Positions 27,724 through 35,521 of a stretch of DNA of 45,033 nucleotides are shown here, piece by piece. Source of the DNA: a virus (taxonomy: Duplodnaviria; Caudoviricetes); IMG/VR virus record IMGVR_UViG_3300049049_000047, positions 1 to 45,033 of that record. The stretch is one strand, 5' to 3'. Position 1 is the first letter of the stretch, and each line of letters opens with the position of its first letter. The notes under the pieces are model-generated. The model was given only the letters and a program-made list of their open reading frames with translations, had not been told where the DNA came from and did not search any database. The position numbers and the translations under genes are program-made.

Positions 27724-28152
27724 TCATTCCCCCTCAGCTTGGGCAGGATGGACGAGAGCGGCGGCGTCCCATTCGTCCGGATCAATGTAAGGCGATTCCC
27801 ATCCAACAATCAGCCCGTCCGGTCCGACCTTGAAAATGATGTAGTCGCCATACCCGTTGTCGTTGACGCACAAAAAATCGTTCGGGACGTAGTAGCCGCG
27901 CCACTTGGCAATGCGGTTCTCGGACTCGTTGAGCAGCCAATATTCCCCGGCATCGCACACTTTGTAATGGATGTCGGCTTCTGTGCCTTTCGGCCAATTC
28001 ATGATGCGACCGGTTGCCAGTTCAATAACCGGCTCCCAAAGGTCACCGTTGTGGAACGGGATCTTGCCTTCCGTATCCTCTCTCCCATTGACCGTGGCGT
28101 CCTCCCAATAGCGAACGCCTGCGCTTACCTCGATGTATCGTGCTTCCATCAT
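27724..28152 (-). CDS. Conserved hypothetical phage protein
   Basis: GGAGG SD; VRYWEDATVNG...HYKVCDAGEY...GYGDYI. Confidence 0.75.
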   Translation of the reverse strand: MMEARYIEVSAGVRYWEDATVNGREDTEGKIPFHNGDLWEPVIELATGRIMNWPKGTEADIHYKVCDAGEYWLLNESENRIAKWRGYYVPNDFLCVNDNGYGDYIIFKVGPDGLIVGWESPYIDPDEWDAAALVHPAQAEGE

Positions 28153-28170
28153 CCCTCCCTGCCTTGCGGC

Positions 28171-28440
28171 GGTGAAAAGTCAGACGCGCATAAGCGATGC
28201 GCAACGCGAGGGCGTTGGAAAATCAGAAAAAGCGTTGGAAATGTGAGCGGGTACTACTGCGGGAACTGCGTGGGAGTGGGGTGGCCGATGGGACTCGAAC
28301 CCACGACGACAGGAATCACAATCCGGCCCTCAATTCACCGCAAACCCGCATCAAATCTCACTTTCCTACTTCTGACTTTCCAACAGACTCAAAGTTATCC
28401 ACACGTATTCATGCGGGTTTCCGGCCTGCCGTTGGAAAAT
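28171..28440. repeat. Putative integrase arm-type sites GTTGGAAA(A/G)TCAGA around attP
   Basis: Copies at 28171, 28214, 28234, 28431 (+) and 28356-28369, 28371-28384 (-). Confidence 0.7.
28277..28324 (-). mobile_element. attP: attP core: 3' half of tRNA-His(GUG)
   Basis: Minus strand GGATTGTGATTCCTGTCGTCGTGGGTTCGAGTCCCATCGGCCACCCCA (anticodon arm to CCA), no 5' half, 120 nt from int stop. Confidence 0.92.
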
Positions 28441-28444
28441 TTTA

Positions 28445-29554
28445 TCATTCAGTCGCGCTCGCTTTCTTCACTTTTCGCCGGTCATAATGCCGGTGTGTGG
28501 TTGCAGGATTTGCATGCGCCGCGAAGTCGTAAAGATCGGCTGCGCGTTGCTCGGCCTTCTTCGTGATTGCTGCTGGGCGAATGTCCAACAACGAGAAATA
28601 CATCGGATGCTCCACCAGATCGGATGCTTTGCAGCCAAGGTAAGCAACCATAGCGTCCTGCCACACAGAGCCCCATCCCGAGCGGGTGTAGGCTTTCCCG
28701 TGTCGGTTTGCGAACAAGTACAAGCGCTCCCGCCCATGCGCCTGCTGCGCCCGCTTGACCACCGTTCGCAATTTTCGTGACCACTCCCGCACCTTCGTAA
28801 TTTCCTCTTCGCCCTTCTTTCGTTTTGCGTTCAGCACCCGCACACCTTCATCAGTTAAGCCAGAAGCATGGAATGGACGCACCTCTGCGGCACGGTAGCC
28901 GGTCAGATAGGTGAAGAGGGCAGCACAGCCCATTGTTTTGAATACTTGATTGTCCTGGCGCTGGCTCCACAGATAGAAGCGGATAACGTGGCGCCGCTCG
29001 ATCGTTCGAACGTCCTTGTCTCGCTTGTCATGCTGCATGCCAACGAACGGGTTCCGCTCCATCAGCCCCCATTTCACGGCCCTGTGGCAAATGGTGGTCA
29101 TCAGCGCCATTTCCTTGACCGCTTTTGCCGGTGCGCCTGCCTTGGTCCGCGCCTCGATGTACTGGTAGCCGTGCAAGGCCTTCAGGCCCATCGGGTGCAT
29201 GCCGCCGAAGAACTTGATCAGATTGGCATACGTGCCTTTGCGTACCGCTTTGCCGTCCTTTGACTGGTCCTTATAGTGCGTCGGATCAATGTCCTTCTCA
29301 AAGCGGTCAATCATGTCGGCCACAGATCCAGCAATGACTTTTCCTTGTTGGATGTCCATCGCCTTGCGCTTTGCTGCGCGCTCAGCCTCTGCAATTGCCT
29401 GCCGATCCCCAAGCGGCGCGGACGCAAGCGTTTCGCTGCTGCCGTTTGGGTACTGGTAATAAAACGACACTTTTTTGGCCCCGGTGTACTTATAAAGCCG
29501 GTCCACTCCGGTTCGCTCTTTACGCAAAGGCTTCGAGGTTTGGCGCGTCGGCAT
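28445..29554 (-). CDS. int: Tyrosine integrase
   Basis: TGYRAAEV, LDIR, AAH...HY catalytic pattern; adjacent attP; start probably MPTRQ. Confidence 0.9.
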   Translation of the reverse strand: MPTRQTSKPLRKERTGVDRLYKYTGAKKVSFYYQYPNGSSETLASAPLGDRQAIAEAERAAKRKAMDIQQGKVIAGSVADMIDRFEKDIDPTHYKDQSKDGKAVRKGTYANLIKFFGGMHPMGLKALHGYQYIEARTKAGAPAKAVKEMALMTTICHRAVKWGLMERNPFVGMQHDKRDKDVRTIERRHVIRFYLWSQRQDNQVFKTMGCAALFTYLTGYRAAEVRPFHASGLTDEGVRVLNAKRKKGEEEITKVREWSRKLRTVVKRAQQAHGRERLYLFANRHGKAYTRSGWGSVWQDAMVAYLGCKASDLVEHPMYFSLLDIRPAAITKKAEQRAADLYDFAAHANPATTHRHYDRRKVKKASATE

Positions 29555-29750
29555 ACTTGGCGGTTGTTTTGTCTTCGGAAATTCCGAGTTTTCGATCACG
29601 GTAGGCTCGCATAACGATCGGCAAGCCGTTTGCGTCTATCTCATACTTCCAGTGGTTCTTGCGCAACCAGGCGGCCATACGGCAACGCTGATTCGGCTTG
29701 AGCCCCATCATCTCGGCCATTTCATTGGCGCTGAGTCGGTCGCTCATCAT
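29520..29750 (-). CDS. xis: Excisionase-like protein (DUF4224-like)
   Basis: LSANEMAEMMG...WLRKNHW.Y.IDANGLPIV...PNLEAF; overlaps int start. Confidence 0.75.
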   Translation of the reverse strand: MMSDRLSANEMAEMMGLKPNQRCRMAAWLRKNHWKYEIDANGLPIVMRAYRDRKLGISEDKTTAKYADAPNLEAFA

Positions 29751-29781
29751 TCACTCCTTTGCTGCCATGGTGATTGCTCCT

Positions 29782-29874
29782 TCACTTCGTCGTCGTCCCA
29801 TCCCTGACGCCATACTTCGGCGCGAGCTGCTCAAACGCTTCCCTCATGCTTGTCTCTTCCTTGGTGGTGGTCAT
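29782..29874 (-). CDS. Small hypothetical peptide (MTTTKEE...)
   Basis: AAGGA SD; ATGA coupling. Confidence 0.4.
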   Translation of the reverse strand: MTTTKEETSMREAFEQLAPKYGVRDGTTTK

Positions 29875-30248
29875 GGGTGGTCCTTGTTCAGCTTGTGTTG
29901 CGCTTTGGTGAGGCCGCGCCACGCGGGGTAGTCTCCGACCTGTCGCCAGTGCGGTTGGCCATCTGGCCTTACTCGCCAACATTCTCCATCCCAATACTGC
30001 ATGGACAGGATGCCGATGCTCATCGAATCGGTGAAGTGCCTTTCGTACCATCCAACACGCACTGGCTTCGTCATGCCATCGAACCAATCCGTCGTGAATG
30101 GAAGTCGTGGCATGCGCTCATTTGCAACTGTCACCCATGCAAACGGATTGATGGGCGATAGTTCAACTCTTGCAGCAGGAGCGCCACGGCAGACGTGCGC
30201 CATGTCATGAGTCCCTTGGTCGTCATATCCGCAGTGTTGGCACTTCAC
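29871..30248 (-). CDS. Hypothetical protein
   Basis: TDWFDG..KPVRVGWYER...WDG..W...WRGL motif. Confidence 0.7.
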   Translation of the reverse strand: MKCQHCGYDDQGTHDMAHVCRGAPAARVELSPINPFAWVTVANERMPRLPFTTDWFDGMTKPVRVGWYERHFTDSMSIGILSMQYWDGECWRVRPDGQPHWRQVGDYPAWRGLTKAQHKLNKDHP

Positions 30249-31258
30249 TTCCCTTCTCCTTTCGATCCCTGCAGAAGGGCGCGAGCGAATTGCTGCAGTT
30301 CTTGGTACGTCATGCGGACATAGTTATCCACGGCTGAAAACACGGATGTAGGCGGTACACAGTCGGCGAGGAAGTCCGGTGTGATCTCCTCTTCCGTCAA
30401 TTCCCGCGCCTGTGCTGGCGGGTGGGCTAGCATCCGTTTGGCGATCTGAGCGATCACCTTGCTGTGTGCCTGCGCTTCCCAGTGCTTGACGGTCTGCAGG
30501 TATTGCGCCACCGCGATCAAGTTTCCGATGTCGTCCGCTACCGGCTCCACCTTCTCCTTGGTGTCCGCTTGCTGCTCGACCTTGGATTGCAGGGCGTCGA
30601 TCATTGAAATGATTTGGCGGCAATAGTCGTCAGCCAAAAGGCCGTGGCACATTCCCTGTTCGGCAAGGGCGCGGATTCCAGCTAACGTGGCATCCCGGTC
30701 GCATCCTGCTGCCTTTCCCTTACCCACCATCTCCCGAAGAATCACGACGACCTTGCCATCCTTAAGCAGCAATTCGTCTCCGTCGTGGTTACGGGAAAAG
30801 CTATACCCGTTAGGGGTGGTGTAGCTCGGGGTGGTGCTGATGGAGGCGCGGGCTTGCCAGCCTTGCCATGCGTAGTTAGTGGTAGGAAGAACGTAATATC
30901 CGCGCTCATCCCTTTTGCAAAAAGGCTTGATCCAGGGAAGTTGCTCAAACCTCTCCCGCTCCGTCGCATCCTCCCGCTCCAGTGGGGCGGCATACGCCGA
31001 TAGAGCTTGTTGTGCAAGGTTTGCCCCGACCACATCCAGTTGTGCATGTGCGTGGTCGCGAATGGCGGCAAGGATATTGCCGAGTTCGTCCCCCTTCCCT
31101 GCATCCGACAGGGCGGCATCAGGCGCAGGCGCGGCGAGAAGGGCATCAATGCGCTCAATGGCTGCGTAACGCTTCTCTCGAATTTCCCAATCGCGCAGGG
31201 CTTCCCGTGCTTGCGTTAGCACCTCTACCGGCACAATCACTGTCTTTGAGGTGGTCAT
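30245..31258 (-). CDS. Mosaic hypothetical protein (Ea-region type)
   Basis: AWQGWQARA, ELTEEEI...FARAL modules. Confidence 0.7.
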   Translation of the reverse strand: MTTSKTVIVPVEVLTQAREALRDWEIREKRYAAIERIDALLAAPAPDAALSDAGKGDELGNILAAIRDHAHAQLDVVGANLAQQALSAYAAPLEREDATERERFEQLPWIKPFCKRDERGYYVLPTTNYAWQGWQARASISTTPSYTTPNGYSFSRNHDGDELLLKDGKVVVILREMVGKGKAAGCDRDATLAGIRALAEQGMCHGLLADDYCRQIISMIDALQSKVEQQADTKEKVEPVADDIGNLIAVAQYLQTVKHWEAQAHSKVIAQIAKRMLAHPPAQARELTEEEITPDFLADCVPPTSVFSAVDNYVRMTYQELQQFARALLQGSKGEGK

Positions 31259-31272
31259 TGGGTGTCCTTAAT

Positions 31273-31653
31273 CTATGGCCGGTTGTCAGCGCCGCACTTC
31301 GGGCATTCGCTTCCGTAAACCTGCTCGACGTTCATGAAGCTGCCGCACGCATGACAGTTCCAAACTTCGCGCCGTGGTTTCGGTGGCTTGCTCAGGACGA
31401 TTCCTGTCCCTGCCAGTGCCTCATCGCGCTTGATGTACTGCATATCCACGGCTGGTCGCGTCTTCCCGTCGATGTATTCCTTCGGCCATGGGATGTCCGT
31501 TCCCCTAGATTCGTGTCGGCTGACTGCTTCGGCCTTCGTGAAAATGTGCGCCTTGCTCAGATCGGTTGTGTAACCTTTGCCGTCCTTTGCCCACCACAGA
31601 ACGTCGTTGCCGACGTAGCTTCTGCTGTCTTGAAGGTAGTAGAGGTCGCTCAT
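31273..31653 (-). CDS. Conserved phage hypothetical protein with C-terminal zinc ribbon
   Basis: YVGNDVLWWAKDGKGYTTDL; CHAC...CPKC. Confidence 0.75.
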   Translation of the reverse strand: MSDLYYLQDSRSYVGNDVLWWAKDGKGYTTDLSKAHIFTKAEAVSRHESRGTDIPWPKEYIDGKTRPAVDMQYIKRDEALAGTGIVLSKPPKPRREVWNCHACGSFMNVEQVYGSECPKCGADNRP

Positions 31654-32072
31654 TTCCCTTGTCCCTTCTCTGCTAGGGCGGCATCGATCCGATCAGCCAT
31701 TGAAGTCGCAAGATCAGTCGATGCATTGCCGTACTGATAGCTGCGAAGTGTGTGTGGCTTGCCGCGCTCAACAGGGGGAGAGGCGTAGAGGGGAATCGTG
31801 TAGCGTTCAGCAGTTCTTGCGGCCACCGAAAACTCTCCGCCAAGGCCACGCGATTCAAGCAGCCTTTGCTTTGCTGAGGCAGGGATGATGTTCGACCCTG
31901 ACTTGTTCATCCATGCCACCGGTTCTTGTGCTTGTAGGGCAGAGAGGGCGGCAAGGGCTTCGCGAGCCTTTTCGATCGGCTCTGAAGGAAACGACTCCCA
32001 TGAGTCAACGCTCTCGGCAAGAGAGATGAGTTCGTCAAAAACAGCTATCGCTTCTTTCAGCTTGTCCATCAT
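31650..32072 (-). CDS. Hypothetical protein
   Basis: QEPVAW...IPLYASP module. Confidence 0.7.
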   Translation of the reverse strand: MMDKLKEAIAVFDELISLAESVDSWESFPSEPIEKAREALAALSALQAQEPVAWMNKSGSNIIPASAKQRLLESRGLGGEFSVAARTAERYTIPLYASPPVERGKPHTLRSYQYGNASTDLATSMADRIDAALAEKGQGK

Positions 32073-32102
32073 GGTTTCCTCGATAGGGGAGGTCAGAAGG
32101 GG

Positions 32103-32606
32103 CTACTTGATTTCCAAGCGCTTGCCCTGCGCCAGCATCGCTCCCGGCACTTCGCGGCCAGCCTGGATCGCTTCCTTGATCGCCGTCTTGTCGATCTGCG
32201 GGGGCGGCGGCTCCGGCTGCTTCATGAACTCGGCCGGGATCAGCTTTTCCTCGAATACGTCAACGCTCGGCGGGTTGTTCTTGATCGACAGTCGGAAGTG
32301 CGGGCAGTCAATCTTCGTCACGCCGGCAACCTCCATGCAGGTCTGCAAGTAGGTCTTGATGTGCAGTGCGCGGCTCTCAAGAGACTTGCGGCGGGCGGCC
32401 ATTTCCTGCTCTGCGGCCTTGATCGCCGCTGCTGTCGCTTCGAGGTTCTTGATCGCATACGCCACGTTCTGCGCCTTCACTTCGAGCGGGTAGGATTCCG
32501 CCTCGATGGTGTCCGCAATCGTCTGGCTGTCGTTATCGGTCGCCATCAGAGCATCCACCATGCGGCGATGCTCGGCGGCGATGACGTACAAAGAGAGTGC
32601 TGTCAT
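32103..32606 (-). CDS. Siphovirus Gp157 family protein
   Basis: SLYVIA...IKNNPPSV...IDKTAIKEAIQAGREVPGA.L. Confidence 0.85.
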   Translation of the reverse strand: MTALSLYVIAAEHRRMVDALMATDNDSQTIADTIEAESYPLEVKAQNVAYAIKNLEATAAAIKAAEQEMAARRKSLESRALHIKTYLQTCMEVAGVTKIDCPHFRLSIKNNPPSVDVFEEKLIPAEFMKQPEPPPPQIDKTAIKEAIQAGREVPGAMLAQGKRLEIK

Positions 32607-32618
32607 GTTGTGCTCCGA

Positions 32619-33056
32619 TCAAAAAGGCACATCGTCCGAAACGAAGTTGTTCGGCGTCGAGAACTGTGGCTTTCCAGCTGGTTTGCCGGCGACTGCGGGC
32701 GCATCATCGCCTGTCGATTTTGGCCCACCTCCCAGCATCTGCATGGAGTCGCAGACAACCTCGGTCGTGTAGCGCTCCACGCCGTCCTTATCCGTCCATT
32801 TGCGGGTCTGCAGCTTGCCCTCAACGTAGACCTGGGAGCCTTTCTTGAGGTACTGTCCGGCGACTTCGGCGAGCTTGCGGTAGAACACCAAGCGATGCCA
32901 TTCGGTCTGCTCTTTCTTCTCGCCTGTGTTCTTGTCCTTCCAGCTTTCGGTCGTCGCGAGAGCTGCGTTCGTGATCGCGTCGCCGCTGGACGTATAGCGG
33001 GTTTCCGGATCGCGTCCGAGATTTCCGACGAGGATGACCTTGTTAACCGATGCCAT
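32619..33056 (-). CDS. ssb: Single-stranded DNA-binding protein
   Basis: [18 protein letters not shown]...TEWHR; C-terminal DDVPF. Confidence 0.97.
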   Translation of the reverse strand: MASVNKVILVGNLGRDPETRYTSSGDAITNAALATTESWKDKNTGEKKEQTEWHRLVFYRKLAEVAGQYLKKGSQVYVEGKLQTRKWTDKDGVERYTTEVVCDSMQMLGGGPKSTGDDAPAVAGKPAGKPQFSTPNNFVSDDVPF

Positions 33057-33059
33057 GAT

Positions 33060-33653
33060 TTACGCTACCTTTCTGAGTTCTTGCATACGTGCGTTGAAAT
33101 GACCTGTGTACAGGCGCCTTTGGTCTTGCGGGAGGGAGTTCATCACCTTGGTCAGTGCTTGCACATCCTTGGCGGCGTTGAACTGCGCCAAAATCGTGGC
33201 GTCTGGCTCGGGATCGCCTTCTGCATGAGCTTTCGGTGCTGCCTGCGTCTTGCCCGCCCCAACGTTGCTGGCAGCATTGCCGTCGTCGTCGTCCTGATAC
33301 AGCCCGGTAATCGCTGCTAGGGCATAGCGCCGAGCGTATGTCATTGCAGATCCGTAGCCCTGCGGGTCGTTCTTGGGCAAGGGCAAGGTTGCGGTGTCTT
33401 CAATCCACTCTCCCGACTCATGAACGAGCCTGGTTGTCAGTGCGAGCGTTCCCGGCTCGGACGGCGAGGGGGTTTGCATGAACATGACGCCGGCTTCGTT
33501 GAGGGCCGGCTTGATTGCCTCAATGACGGCTGGCAGGTCTGCATACTTATTGCGGAAATGCGGGTTAGTTGCATCCTTCGATGCGAAGGTGATCGCCTTT
33601 TGTGCTGTCACCAAAGCGGCTGAGATCTTGCTGATTGACTCGCTGGTTTTCAT
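33060..33653 (-). CDS. erf: ERF-family single-strand annealing protein
   Basis: NPHFRNKYADL...HESGEWI...QGYGSAMTYARRYAL...DDDGN. Confidence 0.93.
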   Translation of the reverse strand: MKTSESISKISAALVTAQKAITFASKDATNPHFRNKYADLPAVIEAIKPALNEAGVMFMQTPSPSEPGTLALTTRLVHESGEWIEDTATLPLPKNDPQGYGSAMTYARRYALAAITGLYQDDDDGNAASNVGAGKTQAAPKAHAEGDPEPDATILAQFNAAKDVQALTKVMNSLPQDQRRLYTGHFNARMQELRKVA

Positions 33654-33724
33654 CGTTCTTCCTCTCGTTTAGCTTGCGCCTAAGTTCTGCTTCCTGTTCT
33701 TGCCGATCCATTAGGAGGCAGTGT

Positions 33725-33919
33725 TCAAAGAAACTGCGTTTTGCTCCGCTCATCCCGTCCTCCAGACCGGTTATTCAAGATGTTCTGTACTGCTTCGAGC
33801 TTTTGCTTTTCAGCGTATGCCCGTGCGCTCTTAATCCGCTCCCTTGCCTCTGCTGCGTAGAACTGCGCTTGCAGCAGGCGGAGTTCCATGGGATAGCCGT
33901 ATTGGTCGCGGGTTAGCAT
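33725..33919 (-). CDS. Hypothetical protein
   Basis: AAGGAG SD; coupled. Confidence 0.55.
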   Translation of the reverse strand: MLTRDQYGYPMELRLLQAQFYAAEARERIKSARAYAEKQKLEAVQNILNNRSGGRDERSKTQFL

Positions 33920-34209
33920 GCTGGCTCCTTGATCTGCTCGTCGGTGGTTTCGGTTTCAAGAAGACCGCGAATCGGGCGGAGCCATGAGGCTGGTGCTGCG
34001 CCTTCCATGAAGCTTCCCATCCGATATTGGATTGGCGAGCCAAGTGATTCGATGACAAAGCAAGGCTCATTTATTTGCCCTGACACCCAAATACGGCCGC
34101 CGATTTCCTCCGGTGGGTTAAACTTGCGAATCACGCGCACCAGCTTTCCAAGGTTCACGCCGGTCGGCGATACAACGAAAATAGCCAAATCTCCCGGTTT
34201 CACGTTCAT
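33913..34209 (-). CDS. Hypothetical protein
   Basis: MNVKPGDLAI...WLRPIR; GGAGG SD. Confidence 0.7.
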   Translation of the reverse strand: MNVKPGDLAIFVVSPTGVNLGKLVRVIRKFNPPEEIGGRIWVSGQINEPCFVIESLGSPIQYRMGSFMEGAAPASWLRPIRGLLETETTDEQIKEPAC

Positions 34210-34211
34210 GC

Positions 34212-34367
34212 TCACCCTCCAAAGAAGAAACCAGCAACTGCGCTGACGATCCGCCACATGAACTGCGCGTAGGCGATCAGGCGCTCTGCAATCCATTCGA
34301 CACTCGCAGCCATCAGCACAACGAGAGCTGCGGCTACTACCTGGTCGCGGTGGTCGAGGTAGATCAT
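34212..34367 (-). CDS. Small hydrophobic protein (51 aa)
   Basis: GGAGGAG SD, ATGA coupling; MIYLDHRDQVVAAALVVLMAA... Confidence 0.55.
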   Translation of the reverse strand: MIYLDHRDQVVAAALVVLMAASVEWIAERLIAYAQFMWRIVSAVAGFFFGG

Positions 34368-34567
34368 GACTCCTCCTGCTCGCTCATGAGGCGCAGCGCC
34401 TCTGCCTTTTCTGCTTCAGTTGCAAATACGAGCGGAGCGATTGATCCAAGGTAGCCACCGGAGCCGCTGATTCCGGGCGGGTTTGTCACGACTTCTCGCA
34501 GGTAGGAGATATACGTTTCGCGCTCACGGTCGCTGAGCGCCCACAGGGCTTTGTCGATGATGCTCAT
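34364..34567 (-). CDS. Hypothetical protein
   Basis: Coupled ORF starting MSIIDK. Confidence 0.55.
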   Translation of the reverse strand: MSIIDKALWALSDRERETYISYLREVVTNPPGISGSGGYLGSIAPLVFATEAEKAEALRLMSEQEES

Positions 34568-34677
34568 GCCATCCCCCAAACACGAAAGAACATCGGAACA
34601 ATGATTGGCGCGATAGCGTCACTGAAGGCGTACAGAGGCCATGCAATGACTGCGCTGATCAGGAAGGTGCGCGTCAT
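34564..34677 (-). CDS. Small hydrophobic peptide (37 aa)
   Basis: GGAG SD; MTRTFLISAVIAWPLYAF...; fills gap, ATGA coupling. Confidence 0.45.
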   Translation of the reverse strand: MTRTFLISAVIAWPLYAFSDAIAPIIVPMFFRVWGMA

Positions 34678-34678
34678 G

Positions 34679-35275
34679 TCAGGCTCCGGCCTTCAGGCTG
34701 TCCCGCAAAGCCTTCAGCCATGCATTGCGACCATCCGTGCGCTCGATTTCCTCGCGCTGGCCCTTGGTGTGATACTCGATGTCCTTGTGAGCATCCTTGA
34801 TCTTTTCTGCCTTCCAATCGGCAGTGGACTTACTGACTGGCTCGGTGTAATACTTCGTGCTGCAATCGAAGTCGATAGAGTCCCTGATCTGCTTCAGCAT
34901 GAATTCCTTGAAGCCTTCATGGTCATGGCTCGGCGGCTGCCATTGGAGGACTTGCGCGAGCATGGCGTTGTACTTGTTGCGCAGTTCGTTTGCGTCTTGC
35001 AGGCGCTTTTCATGCTGCTCGCACTGCGCGTTGAATTCTTTCTCGGCCTCACGTTCAGCTTCGGAATCGGCCATATTCGTGTACCAAGCCAGATTCTTCT
35101 GCGCCTCAGCCAGCTTCTTGGCGTGGTAGTCGGACGGCTCAAAGCGCTCCGGGATCGGTGCATCCATTGGATCATCGCGCATCATGACCAGCGCACCCAT
35201 CGCACGAGAGCAGCGCATCACGAACTGCTCAAACGTGATTCCATCCTTGATTTCTGCTGTGTATCCAGTTGGCAT
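34679..35275 (-). CDS. Conserved phage hypothetical protein (MPTGYT type)
   Basis: MPTGYTAEIKDGITFEQFVMRCSRAMGAL; GGAGG SD. Confidence 0.8.
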   Translation of the reverse strand: MPTGYTAEIKDGITFEQFVMRCSRAMGALVMMRDDPMDAPIPERFEPSDYHAKKLAEAQKNLAWYTNMADSEAEREAEKEFNAQCEQHEKRLQDANELRNKYNAMLAQVLQWQPPSHDHEGFKEFMLKQIRDSIDFDCSTKYYTEPVSKSTADWKAEKIKDAHKDIEYHTKGQREEIERTDGRNAWLKALRDSLKAGA

Positions 35276-35322
35276 TTCCCTTCCTCCCTGTTATTGGTTG
35301 TTGGCGGCCAAAATTGTTTGTT

Positions 35323-35503
35323 TGCCGGGGGCTGGATTTGAACCAGCGACCTATCGGTTAAGAACCGATTGCTCTTCGACTCGGAGAATTCCCGGATTTC
35401 TTGGCGGGTAGCTATTCCGCCAATCACCCGTTTCCTCTCTTCGCCTGCCTTGCGCTCGGGGGGATCAATCCCTTGCCTCGGCTGACCACTGAGCTACCCC
35501 GGA
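35323..35503 (-). tRNA. tRNA-Lys(CUU) interrupted by a 108-nt insert in the D-loop
   Basis: TCCGGGG-TA-GCTC-AGTGGTC|insert|A-GAGC-A-ATCGG-TTCTTAA-CCGAT-AGGTC-GCTGG-TTCAAAT-CCAGC-CCCCGGC-A; 73 nt after removing the insert; no encoded CCA. Confidence 0.8.
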
Positions 35504-35521
35504 AAGCAAACAACTTCATTC

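Noticed and set aside
28277-28324. Functional tRNA-His gene
   Set aside because: Only the anticodon-to-CCA half is present next to int; it is the att core.
27739-28566. 275-aa plus-strand ORF across attP
   Set aside because: Antisense to real genes and crosses the att site; no recognisable motifs.
32298-33320. 340-aa plus-strand ORF (also 17414-18379, 8095-8877, 34601-35341)
   Set aside because: Antisense shadows of well-supported genes in GC-rich DNA.
35323-35396. Ordinary contiguous tRNA-Lys or a second att site
   Set aside because: The adjacent 5' half lacks U8, A14 and the D-loop GG, while a canonical 5' half lies about 108 nt upstream; there is no integrase nearby.
35376-35483. Insert as a group I/II intron, BHB intron, hammerhead ribozyme or MITE
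   Set aside because: Too short for group I/II, no GUGYG/AY ends, no convincing bulge-helix-bulge, no CUGANGA core and no terminal inverted repeats by eye; a covariance-model search is still needed.
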